From the NCBI GenBank assembly GCA_043228905.1, contig JBHGNT010000009.1:13268001-13332000 (forward strand): a stretch of DNA of 64,000 bases, in the 5' to 3' direction. Source of the stretch: Azolla caroliniana (taxonomy: Eukaryota; Plantae; Polypodiophyta). Each line of letters starts with the position of its first letter. Positions within the stretch are counted from its first letter, which is position 1. The notes beneath the pieces were generated by a model that saw nothing but the letters and a program-made list of their open reading frames with translations, was not told the DNA's origin and ran no database searches. Both the position numbers and the translations under genes were made by a program. Shown here piece after piece: positions 21,795-35,229 of this stretch.

Positions 21795-24700
21795 TGTTGT
21801 ATGCGAGGAAGGTCATCAATGCGGAAGATCGAGAAGCATTCGATCCCTGTTTCTTCCCTGTGTATGATGGAATGTAGATCGTTGCACAGAGAGAGAGGGA
21901 GAGAGAGAGAGAGACACAAAAAAGACTCTTTTATTTCACAAAACAACAATACAACAGCCAACCTTACAAAAGGGTTACAAGGTCACTATATATAGTGACT
22001 GACTTAGGGCAACTACCCTTTATGCTAATTACATAAATGGCCAAAACGGGATAGTGTGAATACGTCCATTATACACATGTATTCGACACTCCCCCGTAAT
22101 GGGCGTATACATGGGTTATCTAAGATTACAGGTATAGACTCAGGTTCTCGGACATATCAGCTTTGTTCGAGTCGGCAGGGTCCGAAAGCAGAAGACCGAA
22201 CTGGTCGGGTCGGAACAGTTGAAGCCGATCATTAAGGAACTGATGTCGGTTGTCGGGAACCATCCTGCTCTGTGTCCGGCTCTAACCGGACTGGTTTGTC
22301 GTTACGCCCATCTGATGCCGAAGAGACCGAAAACGGTCTGCCGAAAGACACTTGGTCATTCCATCTGCGACATTGTCGGTTGTGGATATTTTCTCTAGAC
22401 CGATTTTCCCTGAAATGACGCAGTCCCGAACGAAGTGGTATCGAACGTCGATATGTTTGGAGGCGTTGTGGTGAACCGGATTTTTCGACAAGGCAACAGC
22501 ACCTTGACTGTCGCTGTAGACAACTGGAGCCGAGTCATGGTCGACTTGTCGAAACGTGTGCGCCAGCCGACCGAGCCACAAAGCTTCTTTTGCTGCGTCG
22601 GACGCAGCTACATATTCTGCTTCGGTCGTTGAGGTCGCTGTGCACTCCTGAAGTTTCGACTTCCACGAGATTGCTCCATTGCCGAATTTGAAGCAGTATC
22701 CGGTTGTTGATTTCCGACTGTCTATACAGCCGGCGAAGTCCGAGTCGGTGTAACCGACTACGCCTGAGGTTCGGTTCGGACCGAAAAGAATGCCGTGGTC
22801 TTTTGTGCCAGCCAGATATCTGAACACATGCTTGACTGCGTTCCAATGCGATCGGCCAGGATTGTGCATAAATCTGCTAACGACTCCTACGGCGTGAGAG
22901 ATATCAGGTCGTGTCGCGACCATCAAGTACATAAGGGAGCCGACTGCCGGTGCATACGGTACCGACTTCATATCTTCCCCCTCCGGGCCGGATGTCGGGC
23001 AGTCTCGCTGAGAGAGCCGAAGATTCATGGGGAGCGGGGTTGAAGCAGATTTGGCTGATTGCATGTTGAAGCGTTCTAAGACACGTCGGATATAGTCGGT
23101 CTGAGACAAAAAAAGATGTCGTTTATCGCGATGCCGACTAATCTTCATGCCAAGGATGTGTCGTGCCGGACCGAGGTCCTTCATGGCAAACTTCAACCGC
23201 AGTTGCCGAACGAGATCGGCAAGTTCGCCCGAGTGGCGTCCAGAAATTAGCATGTCGTCCACGTAAATGATGAGGAAGATGGGTGATCCATCTTGAGCTG
23301 TGTTGGTAAAGAGACAATGGTCCTCATCGCTTTTTGAGAAGCCGATCGATTGGATGAAGTCGTCGAACTTCTTGTACCATTGTCGCGGTGCCTGTTTGAG
23401 GACGTATAGACTCTTCCTGAGTCGGCAGACTAGATGTTCTTGGCCAGGTGCCACGAAGCCTTTTGGCTGCTCCATATAAATTTCCTCCTCGAGATCACCA
23501 TGGAGGAAAGCTGTTTTGACATCTAGCTGAATCAGCTCCAAGTTGTCGGCTGCCACTACGCCGAGTAGAAAACGAAGGGTTGTCATTTTCACCACTGGTG
23601 AAAAAATCTCGTCGAAGTCGACGCCATATTCTTGTCGGAAGCCCTTCGCAACTAATCTGGCCTTGTACTTTGGGGTGGTCGAATCAGACGTCTCTTTTAG
23701 TCGATAGACCCACTTGCAAGGAAGAGCACGTCGGTTCCTAGGTAATTCGACCAGATCCCAAGTCGTGTTTGCCCGAATGGAGTGCATTTCCGACTCCATC
23801 GCCAGATGCCAGGTGGCGGAATCGACAGATGTCGATGCTTCTTCGTAAGACGTCGGTTCGCCGGCGTCGGTGAAGAAAATTCCAGGAGAGTACCTCTCCG
23901 GAGGTTGCGACAGTCTCTCGGATCGTCGAGGTATGATTGGACTGGTCGCATCGGGTATCGTGGTCGGATGGTCCGAAAGCGAGTTGTTCTGCTGTGCCGA
24001 GTCGGAGTTGTCCGAGTCGGTAGAGTAAGGTTCAGCTACCCGTGAAGCTGACCGTGTGTTGAGAGCGGGGCCTTCTTGAAGGGTCGGCACATCGGAAAAA
24101 GTTACCCTTCGGACTTCGATTGGTTTTTCGACGGATGGGTTCATAGCCGACTCGTTGAACACAACGTCCGAACTTCGAACGATTTGCCTGCGTTCGGGGT
24201 CCCAGAGTCGGTATCCCATTTCGCCGTCGGATCCATATCCAAGGAAAATGCATTTCCTGGACCGAGGTGCAAGTTTTCGGCGATCATCTTTCGGAATGAG
24301 GGCGTACGCCTCGCATCCGAAGATCCTCAGTTTGTCGTAATTCGGCTTACTGCCGATCCATAGTTCCTGAGGAATTTGAAGTCCTAGAGGTCTACTTGGC
24401 GACATATTGATTATGTGTACTGCCGTGAGTAGAGCCTCTGCCCAGAAGCCATCCGACAGTCCGGAGTGTTGGAGCATGGAAACTGTCCGTTCTTGGATTG
24501 TCCGATTCATTCGTTCTGCAATCCCGTTTTGCTCCGGACTGTGTGGTGCCGTAAGTTCACGTCGGATGCCGCGTTGTCGGCAGAATTTGACGAATTCTTC
24601 GGATTTAAACTCTCCCCCGTTGTCGGTTCGAAAGCATTTCAGCTTTCGGTCGGTTTGATTTTCCACCATAGCGAGCCAATCGGTGAAGATCGAGGAAGGT

Positions 24701-27299
24701 CATCAATGCGGAAGATCGAGAAGCCACGAAGATCGAGAAGCCACGATCTTTGATTTTCCACCATAGCTCTGATACCAGATGTTGTATGCGAGGAAGGTCA
24801 TCAATGCGGAAGATCGAGAAGCCACGATCTTTGGTGCGAATTGGATAAGCCCACACCTTTCGAGTCGAATCGTCAATAAAACTGACGAAGTAAGAGGCAC
24901 CGCCTAGAGACTGATGCGGCATTGGGCCACAGACGTCCGAATGGACTAAATCAAGAGGTCTCGTTTCTCTTGGTGCTGATGTCGGGTGTGATGCGGCTGC
25001 TTGTTTGCCATACTGGCAATGCTCGCAGAATTGATGGTCGGAGAAGGAGAGTTTGGGAATGTATCCGGCTCTAGATAGGTGCGTGATGCCGGCCTTGCTG
25101 AGGTGTCCCAATCTTCGGTGCCATAGTGATGACACAGGAATATCCACCAAAAACAGGTTACCCTCTCTGAGCGTAACATGTAACGGATACAGGGAGTGTA
25201 TCTTGGGTCCTCTAGCAAGCAGGAGGTTCCCCCTGTGGAGTGTCCACCCTCCCGAAGAAAAACCGGCACGAATGCCGTCTTCATCTAGTTGTCCGACTGA
25301 GATCAATGGCCTTGAGAGCTCGGGTACATGTCGGACATTGTGGAGTACAAGTGTAGAGCCACCTGCAAGGTTGAGCTCTACTGTGCCGATTCCGATGATA
25401 TCACAGTGTTGTGAGTTGCCGACCCGAACTGAGTCGGAGTGACGGATCGTATATTGCCGAAATTGGGATCGATGAGGAGTCACGTGAAATGACGCGCCCG
25501 AATCTAAGAGCCATGTGCTCGATTCTTCAGTCGTGAGCAGAATTTCTGATCCGACTGGATTTTCGATTGATAGTATATTCGGGTCGTCCGGTAGTACATC
25601 AGCTGAGGAGCTGACGTAATTGATCTCCTCATGCCGGCCACTCTTCTTATTGTTCTTGTTCTTGAGTGCGCGGCAGTCGGCTTTGATGTGTCCGGGTTTC
25701 TTGCAATAGTTGCAGATTCGGTTATCCCGTGACTGGCTCCGTCTTCGCTGATTGTTCGGCGGTCGTGAGAAATCTCTTCCTCGTATGTTCGATCGGTCTG
25801 TCGAACCTTGTACTACGTAAGCGTCGTCTGTTGAGTCTTTGGCGAAAGACTTTCTCCGAGCTGCTTCGGTCAGGATTGCGCTTGTGACTTCGGAGTATTT
25901 GACAGCCGTGGTTGACGCGTTGCACACGGTTGTGACGAAAGTTTCCCATGATGAGGGAAGGCTGCTCATGAGTATCATTGCTCTGAGTTCATCCTCGATT
26001 GCCGTCCCCTGTGACGAGATTTGGGAGCTTATGCTTTCGTACTCATTGAGGTGTGCTTGAACCGAATCGGATTCTTTCATCCGCAAGTTGTAGAGGCGCC
26101 GGATCAGAAACATCTTCGTTGCGGCGACCTTCTTTTCGTAGGTGTCCGACAGTGTTTTCCACAGTTCGAATGCTGTCGTACACGATTGCACCGTAAAGTA
26201 TACCGATTCCGATAGGTGCATCCGAATCGTGGCGCGGACGATTCTGTCCAGCTTCTGCCACTCAATTGGTTTGTATCCTTCTGGAGGTTCTTCATTTTCG
26301 ATGGGATCGATTTGCCCCTTGACTATGAGATAGTCCTGCATTTGCTCCTTCCAGAAGTTAAAGTTCGAACCATCGAACTTTCGTAGACTCATTTCTGACG
26401 AGCCGGATGTTGATGCCATCAAATTGGGTTTCGGTTGACGAAGCTCGGTTCGGAGTTGACTACGAGCCTTGTTGGAGTGCAGCCGGTTGGCTCACCCGAT
26501 ATCGTTCTAGTCGGATTTGAGCCCGAGTCGGTTCGGCTTCGGAACTTGCTCGAATTGACTCCGGTAACTTGAGGGACAGAACCGACTGGTCTTCCCGAAT
26601 GTCGCCGAGTCGGAGTGAGCCCGGTTCGCTTCGGATATATGTGCCGAGTACCGATTATTGAAACCGATTATCTGGACCGATTCGGCTTCGGTTGACTGCA
26701 GCGATGAGAGAGACGGATCCGACTGATCCTCCCGAATGTCGATCAGCCAAATGAAGCACGAATTTGGGTTGTTGTCAGAGTTGCACAAGGGGATTTCACC
26801 TCGAGCGGTTACGATCACAGGGGACAGAGTACAACCTGCTGGCTTACTCCAAGCAAGGGGATCTAACGCGATGAGGTGCAAACCTCGTTTTTGTTCTTCT
26901 TCTCTCTTTCTTCGAATGACGCGAATACTGTGCAGGCCGTGTTGAGGTGAAGAACCGAATGCTGTGCAGGCGGTGATGACGGCCGAACCTGGCTCTGATA
27001 CCAGATGTTGTATGCGAGGAAGGTCATCAATGCGGAAGATCGAGAAGCATTCGATCCCTGTTTCTTCCCTGTGTATGATGGAATGTAGGTCGTTGCACAG
27101 AGAGAGAGGGAGAGAGAGAGAGACACACAAAAAAGACTCTTTTATTTCACAAAACAACAATACAACAGCCAACCTTACAAAAGGGTTACAAGGTCACTAT
27201 ATATAGTGACTGACTTAGGGCAACTACCCTTTATGCTAATTACATAAATGGCCAAAACGGGATAGTGTGAATACGTCCATTATACACATGTATTCGACA
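21795..27299 (-). mobile_element. Young Ty1/Copia element G nested in F
   Basis: 294-bp LTRs 21795-22088 and 27006-27299 (about 2 differences); TSD GGATA at 21790-21794 and 27300-27304; 18-nt tRNA-iMet PBS TGGTATCAGAGCCAGGTT at 27003-26986; PPT GGGGGAG at 22095-22089. Confidence 0.98.
22282..26419 (-). pseudogene. Copia G gag-pol polyprotein, intact except for one 124-bp frameshifting insertion in integrase
   Basis: ORFs 24605..26422 (gag, CNYCKKPGH, WLLDSGASFH, HSDVCGP) and 22282..24669 (RTDNGGEF, YVDD, RH). Removing 24695-24818 gives a continuous 1337-aa frame. Confidence 0.93.
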
Positions 27300-27717
27300 G
27301 GATAGACTCTATGATGAGCAGACCCAACCGGCAAGAGACCGGTTAGCACTCGAGGAACCAGCCGGTTACGGTGAGGATACCGAACCGACAGAAGAAGAAG
27401 TAGAGGAAGCTGAGACCGAAACCGGCCAAGACCCCGAATCGGATTCGGATGAAGAGCACATGGATGAGCCGGTCACCGAAGCCCAAAGACGGAGATATCC
27501 TCTCAGAGAGAGAAGGGCCCCCCGGAGATTTCCGGATGCAGAGCATGTTCTGCTGACCGATGAGGGGGAGCCGGAAAGCTTCGAAGAAATGAAGGAAGAC
27601 ACCCACAGCCGAAAATGGTTAAGTGCCATGCAGGACGAGATGGATTCCCTGCATGAGAACCATACATACGAATTGGTGGAGCTGCCAAAAGGAAAGCGGG
27701 CACTCCGAAACAAGTGA

Positions 27718-29139
27718 GTGTACAAGTTGAAACCGGGAGATGCCGGCAACCCTCTGAGATACAAAGCCAGGATCGTGGTGAAGGGGTTCCAACAGAAGAA
27801 GGGCGTGGACTTCGACGAGATATTTGCCCCGGTAGTAAAGATGACCTCCATCCGGACGGTGCTGAGTATAGCAGCAAGCATGGACCTTGAGGTAGAGCAG
27901 CTGGACGTGAAGATGGCATTCCTTCACGGCGACCTCGAAGAGGAGATCTACATGCAGCAACCGGAAGGATTTGTGGAGAAAGGGAAGGAGCACCTAGTAT
28001 GCCGGTTGAAGAAGAGCCTGTACGGACTAAAGCAGGCTCCCCGGCAATGGTACCGGAAGTTCGACTCCTTCATGACCGATCAAGGGTACCACAAGACACA
28101 GGCCGATCACTGTGTGTTTGTGAAGAAGTTCGAAGGAGGCGACTTCTTAATACTCCTCCTATACGTGGATGACATGTTGATCGTCGGACGTGACCAAGTC
28201 AAAATACGGATGCTGAAGAAGGCTCTCAACCGGACCTTCTCAATGAAAGACTTGGGTCCGGCAAGACAGATGTTGGGGATGCACATCATTCGGGACCGGT
28301 TAAAGAAGCAACTATGGTTGTCACAGGAGAAGTATGTGACAAAGGTGCTTCACCGGTTCAACATGTCAGAAGTGAAACTGGTCAGATCGACACTTCCGGC
28401 AAAGTGCAGGCTATCCGGCAAGCAAAGCCCGAAGACGAAAGCAGAGAAGGCGGATATGATGAAGATTCCATATGCCTCTGCCGTCGGGAGCTTGATGTAC
28501 GCTATGGTGTGTACCCAACCGGATATAGGATACGTAGTCGGAGTGGTGAGCCGGTTCATGAGTAATCCCGGCAAGGAGCATTGGAACGCGGTCAAATGGA
28601 TACTCCGGTATTTGAAGGGCACTTCAAATATGTGTCTCCGATTCAGCTCCGGAAAACCTCAACTGGACGGTTTCACCGATTCGGACATGTCGGCTGATGT
28701 GGATACCAACCGGTCTACATCCGGGTATGTGATGACATATGCAGGGGGAGCTGTTTCGTGGCAGTCGAGGCTGCAGAAGACGGTTGCATTGTCAACCACA
28801 GAGGCGGAGTACATGGCGGTTGTGGAAGCCGGTAAGGAAATTTTATGGATGAAGGACTTCGTCAAAGAGCTCGATATACGGCAAGAGGAATACCGACTCT
28901 ATTGCGACAGTCAAAGTGCCATCCACCTTGCTAAGAATGCGGCCTATCATTCCCGAACGAAGCATATCCAGCGGAGGTATCACTGGATCCGGGAAAGAGT
29001 AGATGACCAAGAGTTCGCACTGACGAAGATCCACACGGCCGAGAACGGGTCAGATATGCTGACCAAAGTGCTGACACCCGACAAGCTGGATGCATGCCGG
29101 AAGAGAATCGGACTGGAAAGACACCCCATGCCGGAGTGA
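27718..29139 (+). pseudogene. pol: Copia F RT-RNase H open segment
   Basis: 473-aa ORF with YKARIVVKGF, QLDVKMAFLHG, LLYVDDML and HSRTKHI; preceded by an in-frame TGG>TGA-type stop at 27715-27717. Confidence 0.93.
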
Positions 29140-31699
29140 AGGGGGAGTTTGTTGGGAGACAGGTCCCTCCGGATGGGAAGGGAGAAGAACAGTGCCGACA
29201 AGTCCCTCCGGATGGGAAACGGTACGAGGAGCACCCGGCTACGGAGAGCCGGATGATACAGGCCCGGTATGAACCGGATGAGGAGTACCCGGCTACGGAG
29301 AGCCGGATGATACAAGCCCGGTATGAACCGGATGAGGAGTACCCGGCTACGGAGAGCCGGATGCCGGATGAGGAGTACCTGGCTACGGAGAGCCGGATGG
29401 TGCAGACCCGGTATGAACCGGAGGAAGAGACATATTCGTAAATATGTTTCTGAGAGCCCATTGTGGCTATATTTGTAAATAGCCGAAAAGTCATATTAGT
29501 ATAAATATGACTTAGGGCAAAACTAATTATGTGGTTGTTACTTTTCTTGTTGGTGCAAGAAGAAGAGAGAGCACGTAATAGTGTACAGAGTGAGAGAGAG
29601 AGAGAAAGAGGTCATTGCCTCTGTTGTAACCACCGCCTATGGCGAAGATCGTGAGCACGAGGTCGTTGCCAAGTTAGTGATAGTTTGCAGCCTGTGGGCT
29701 GCTGTGGTTTTTCCCTCTTTGGGTTTTCCACATAAACATTCTGTGTACCCTTTTTTTTTTTCTCTCCTTTGTGTCGCGTGTTTTTTCGTTTCCTGTTTCC
29801 TGTGTATTGAAGAGGCTCGGTTGTGGCCGAGCGTTGGGTATAAGGAGCGTTGAGTTCCCGACAAGGAAAAGGTTAGGATGGGAATTCTTGAGTTGTCCAA
29901 TGCTCCCTACTCCAATAGATGGTTTATGGTGCCAAAGAAGAATGGGTCCTCACGCTTTATTCAAGATCTCCAACCCGTCAACAAGGTGACGATCCGAAAT
30001 GCCGGAATTGGTCCAAGTGTGGATGAATTTGCCGAAGCCTTTGTGGGAAGATCGATCTATTCCCTTGGTGATCTCTACTCGGGCTATGATCAATTTCAAA
30101 TGGCAGTCGATAGTAGAGACATTACAACAATGAGGACACTGATCGGGTTGGTAAGGATGTGCACCTTACCCCAACTCTATAGCCCACATGGTGAATGCCA
30201 TGAACAAAGTGTTAAAGGATTGTATTCCTGATATCACAATGCCTTTCTTAGATGACATTCCAATCAAAGGATGCTCAATGGAAGAAAAAGATGAATCAAA
30301 AGATGAAGATGGTTGCCGAAGATTGGTCATCGATCATATAAAGGATAGTGAGAAGGTGTTGCAAAAGCTTGAGGATGCAAATCTCACATTTTCGGGAGAG
30401 AAGCCCACATTCGATCAACCAGAAATATTGGTAGTAGGACACTTATGTGGATCTTATGGCCGGAAGCCATCTCTATCCAAGGTGAATGTTATCCAAGAGA
30501 TGAAAGAGGATTGTGAGTCCCAAACAAAGGTGAGAAGATTCTTGGGAGCATGTGCGTTCTACCACATATGGATTCCGCACTATGCCCATGTCGTTGAACC
30601 ATTGTATGTTGGTAGGGGAGGACAAAGACGGATGAAGAAGAGATTATGTCGAAGCTGATGGTTGATTTTGTGCAGGAAAGGCGTAACAAAGGAAAGAAAA
30701 CAAAGGTTGATAACCTTTGGCCTCACCACATCACTTTTTTTTGGCACATGCCGGAGGATGTGTGGTTTGGTGGGGGTGGATGTCGTGGTATGGCGTGTTC
30801 AGTGTGAGAAAGAACGAGGTTCCACACACATCTCATAAAGTCATGTATAAATGAAAAATAATAATAATAGATAATTTATAGTAGCCTAGAGGTTAGGCCT
30901 AATAAGCATATATAGAGAGGTGTAGAGTTGAAGTCTTTCTTGGTGCAAACCAAGGAGTATTTTGTTCCCCTTCCTTTTTTGTGACAAGGAAATAAAGAAA
31001 AAGCATGTAATGTTAATATAGGTGCCTCTATCCTCTATAAGAGGGGAGGAATAGGGCTTATTATGGGGTCGCCCATTTTGCCGTAGGGGTGTACCACTAG
31101 GGTTTCATCTTCTCCTCTTCTTCTTGGGTTAGGGTTTGGTAGCCTCCCTTTCTCCTTATCCCTTTCTCCTTCTTCTTTTCCTTCTAGGGTTAGGGTTTGA
31201 GAGCTTCTTCTTTAAACTTTTCTTCTTTTCTCCTCAACATACTAGAGTTAGGATTTTAGGGTTTGAGAGTTTTGCCTCTATTATACTTCTTACTCGAGAT
31301 ATTTTAGGGCTTGGATTCCTTATACATCAACTTCTTCGGCATCTCAGTGGTAGTCAACTCGGTGTACCGTTGCGGAAGGGAGGTTGTAGTGGCACGAGGG
31401 CTACTCCGAATCGAGGCAACATAGCCGTCGAAAGTAGTCGAGCTCGGAGCCCACTAGACTTGCCTTCGCTAGATTATTTTAGCCTTTGATTACTTCATAA
31501 TTGATTATTGTAAAAACCACCGAAATTGTGGTGTCAAGCTTAGCAATTCCAAAGAAAACAAAAACCTATTTTGATTCATAGCCGTTTTTTATTAATCATG
31601 AAACGGATTCTATGTAAAAAAAACCACCGAAATCGTGGTATTAAATCTAAATTGTGTATCAATTGACCATGTCTTTGTCTTGATCTCCCACTTCCTCAC

Positions 31700-33602
31700 T
31701 ACTTTTGTCTCCCCGTTCCAAGGCCCTGGCGGTCCCGTTCGAGCGACACACGCACGCGAAACTTCACGACAACGTTCTTCACCTCAGGAACTAGGTTGTC
31801 CTTGGCAAGCTTTTGCATCCCCTTCTAGCTCATATGGCACAACCTCCTGTCCCATAGTTCACCGACCGTGTTGGCAGCCACGTTTGCTTCCCCTCAGCAT
31901 ATTCGAGCATTCATTATGTACACTATGTTGGTCTTCCGAGCTCGAGCCACGTTCAGACTTCCTCGGCAGAACTTCATGATACCGTTTCGGATGCTACTCG
32001 TGTAGCCTTCATCATCTAGCTGACCGGTTGATATTAGGTTCAATGAAACCTCCAAAACGTGTCATACATCTCTCAACACGCGTTTGCACCCGGTTGAGGT
32101 TTCCAAACACACATCTCCAATGAGGACAATTTGGCATGCTCCTTCCTTTCCCATCTTTACGGATCCGAGATCTCTAGCTCTGTAGGATGAGAAGCACTTT
32201 CGGTCAAGGGTTAGGTGGAATGATGCACCTGAATCGGCCACCCATGTCGATTCTTCGCCAGCGAGATTCACATTGTTTTGCTCACTGATGAGCAACAACT
32301 CCTCCTCACTCGTGGCGATTGCTGAGGTGTTCTTTCTGTCGGGGATTTTCTTCAGCTCTACACCATCAACTCCCCCTTTCTCCTTTCGAAAGTGTCGGCG
32401 GTTTTTCTGGAAGTGCCCTGGGTTCCCACAATAGAAGCATGTGGGTCTCCCCCTCGACTTCGACCTAGTCCCTGATTTATCTCAATTCTGGGGACTTCGA
32501 TTTCGGCCTCTTCCCCGAATCGTGTCACCTTCTATAACTAAAGCCTTCTTGTTGGTATTGGACTCATGGTGCTTTCGGAGAGCTTCTTCATTCAGCAAGC
32601 TCGACTTCACCTGCTTTAGGGATAGATGCTTCCCTTCCGGCTCGGCGTTGCCCAAAGTGACAACAAGCATCTCCTAGTTGTCCGGAAGGGATCCCAACAA
32701 CAGTAATGCTAATACCTCGTCGGCCAAAGGTACTTCTAGAGAGGTGGTTTGGTTCATCAATCCTTGGAAGGCATTGATGTGCTCCGCCATACTAGAGCCA
32801 TGTTGATACCGGAACCTCGCGATTTTCGAAATACTGAGACTTGGTTCACGACGTTCTTGTTTTTTATCTTCTTCCATAGGACGTCTGCTTCTATTTCTTC
32901 GCTGAAGTTGTTGTATAGACTCATGTCTATAAAACACCTTATATATGCGTCCGCCTTCAGAATGCAACACTTCCCAAGTCGCTGCATCGATCTTGTCTAG
33001 TCTTTTATCTCCGAACTACACCAGCAGCCAGAGGTCTTTGCACACGAGCATGTCTCTCATCTTCGACTTCCATACTAAGTAGTTGGAGCCTGTTAGCTTA
33101 AACATGCCGGCGAACGAATCTTTCATCCCGCTGATACCACTGTGTTAGGAATTGACCGGCCACAACCAGTTATATGTTCTTGTTCATGTGCAAAAGCCAA
33201 GAACTAGTACACAAACAATGAAAACATGAAGACGCAGAGACACCGATATTTTACGTGGAAAACCCAAAATGGGAATAACCACGGGGGTCCACAAACCCCG
33301 AGAAAAACATATCACTATAGTAGAGAGGAAGTACAGATATGGAACTCGGAGGCAACGACCTTGAGTTTGTTGGGAAATCGGTCCCTCCAGATGGGATCCG
33401 GTGATGAATAAAGAGGACCGGTGAGAACCGGAAGAGATCCGGAAACCGGAGGAGACCCAGTGAGAACCGGAAGAGAAGACATATATGTAAATATGTTTTG
33501 AGTAAGCCTATTGAGGCTATATTTGTAAATAGCCCTAAGTTCATATAAGTATAAATATGACTTAGGGCAATCACTTTGGATGTTGTTGTTGTCATATTGT
33601 TG

Positions 33603-33649
<47 letters not shown>

Positions 33650-35229
33650 TACAGAGTGATACTCTGTTGTAACCGTTGGTTGGCGAAGAAACAGAGCTCG
33701 AGGTCGTTGCCGAGTCTCTGATTGTACCTTTCTCTTATAGTGATAGTTTGGAGTCTATGGGCTCCCGTGGTTTTTCCCTATTAGGGTTTTCCACGTAAAC
33801 ATTCTATGTATTTCCTTTGTGTACTCTCCACTTCCCATTTCTTTGTTTCATTCTCAATGAAGCGATTCAAGACTCGGTTGTGGCCGAGAAATATTCCGCG
33901 TTCTTCTCTTCAATCTGGTATCAGAGCAAACAACATAGGAAATCGAAGAATCTTTCGGCAGCATGTTCAAGCTCACCAGCTCCAACTACTCACTGTGGAA
34001 GTCGAAGATGAGTGACATGTTGGTGGTTAAAGATCTTTGGTTGCCAATTCAATTTGGGGACAAGAAACTGGATAAGATCGACGCCACAGTGTGGGAGGTG
34101 ATGCACATGAAGACGACGGCCTACATCTGGTGCTTCATCGACATGAGCTTGTACAACAACTTCAAGGAAGACAGCAAGGCTAATGAACTCTAGGAGAAGA
34201 TGGGCATCATGTTCCAGAACAAGAATGTTGTTAATCGGGTTTCGGTATTCTGGAAGCTAGTGAGGCTCCGGTTCCAGGACGGCTCCAGTATGGCAGAGCA
34301 CATGAATGCCTTCCAAGGACTGATCCACCAGGAAACCTCGTTGGAAGTACCTCTTGCTGATAAGGTACTCGCATTACTCCTACTCGGTTCCCTCCCGGAT
34401 AGTTGGGAGACGCTAGTTGTCATGTTGGGCAACCCCGAACCAGAAGGAAAGCAGTTGCCCCTAGCAAGGGTAAAATCAAGCCTGCTAGATGAAGAAGTTC
34501 GCCGGAAGGACCGGTAGTCCGGAACCGATCCGAAGGCCTTGGTCACAGAAGATGACCACAACTGGGGAAGAGGCCGGTATCGGAGTCCCCAAAACTAGGA
34601 CAAGTCGTGGATGAGGTCGAAGTCAAGGGGGAGGCCTACTTGCTTCTACTGTGGGAAGCCGGGGCAAGGTCGTTGCCTCCGAGTCTCTGATTGTACCTTT
34701 CTCTTATAGTGATAGTTTGGAGTCTGTGGGCTCCCGTGGTTTTTCCCTATTAGGGTTTTCCATGTGAACATTCTGTGTATTTCCTTTGTGTACTCTCCAC
34801 TTCCCATTTCTGTGTTTCATTCTTAGTGAAGCAATTCAAGACTCGTGGTGGCCGAGCAATATTCCACGTTCTTCTCTTCAGAGTTCTCCTTCGTTTGACA
34901 TACGGCTACAGAGTTACACTCTCACACACGGTTACAAAGGCAACTACCTCATTCTAACTTTTTAGTAATGATCAACTACCTCCTCCCATAAAGTTTTCCC
35001 TAGTTGCCTATAAACCAAAGCAACTTTCTGGCTATTTACAAGTATAGACCCTAGGAAAGGCTTCCATAACTATTTCGGTATTCGATTTCGATTTTGATTT
35101 CGGTTTTGGTTTCAATTTCGGTTTCGGTTTCGGTTTCGGTTTCGGTTTTTGATTTCAGTTTCAGCCTCGGCCAAGATACTCACCAACACAATACTTCTCC
35201 TCCCATCCGGAGGGACATGTTTCCCAACA
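31700..35229 (-). mobile_element. Copia element H (F-related), 3'-truncated; its 5' LTR (33143-35229) is interrupted by element I
   Basis: Minus-strand LTR start TGTTGGGAAACATGTCCCTCCGGATGGG at 35229; PBS TGGTATCAGC at 33139-33130; gag/protease remnants (WVADSGASFH 32062..32298; 32482..32987); (TTCGGT)n array at 35074-35165. Confidence 0.85.
33368..34880 (+). mobile_element. Internally deleted Copia element I inserted in the H LTR
   Basis: TSD GAGTT at 33363-33367 and 34881-34885; 5' LTR 33368-33912; PBS TGGTATCAGAGC 33916-33927; gag up to CFYCGKPG, fused near 34666 to the last ~215 bp of the 3' LTR. Confidence 0.92.

Larger units (their letters stand above)
18838..29863 (+). mobile_element. 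Ty1/Copia element F (Tnt1-like, degenerate, hosts element G)
   Basis: LTRs 18838-19636 and 29150-29863; TSD AGGAA at 18833-18837 and 29864-29868; PBS TGGTATCAGAGC 19639-19650; PPT GAAGGGGGAG 29138-29147; gag from 19667, WVVDSGASFH protease, integrase 21167..21877, RT-RH 27460..29139. Confidence 0.97.
6233..30610 (+). mobile_element. Old Ty3/Gypsy host element M, split into 6233-7201, 17825-18837 and 29864-30610 by Copia insertions D and F
   Basis: Reading frame rejoins across both TSDs: protease GSEINLMS...LYGAC|PNIQVTIGDVEIEQHFFVQ...VILGQP; pol PWNLKPIPVPRARIPKLIELLKE|KVRMGILELSNAPYSNRWFMVPKKNG...DLYSGYDQF...PFLDDIPIKG. LTRs not identified. Confidence 0.88.

Noticed and set aside
26507-27172. 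221-aa ORF upstream of the G gag
   Set aside because: Runs through LTR, PBS and leader, has no domain similarity I recognise, and long chance ORFs are expected in young GC-rich sequence.
31097-31290. Interstitial telomeric array
   Set aside because: Motifs are dispersed and degenerate, not tandem TTTAGGG; kept only as a low-interest LTR-like segment.
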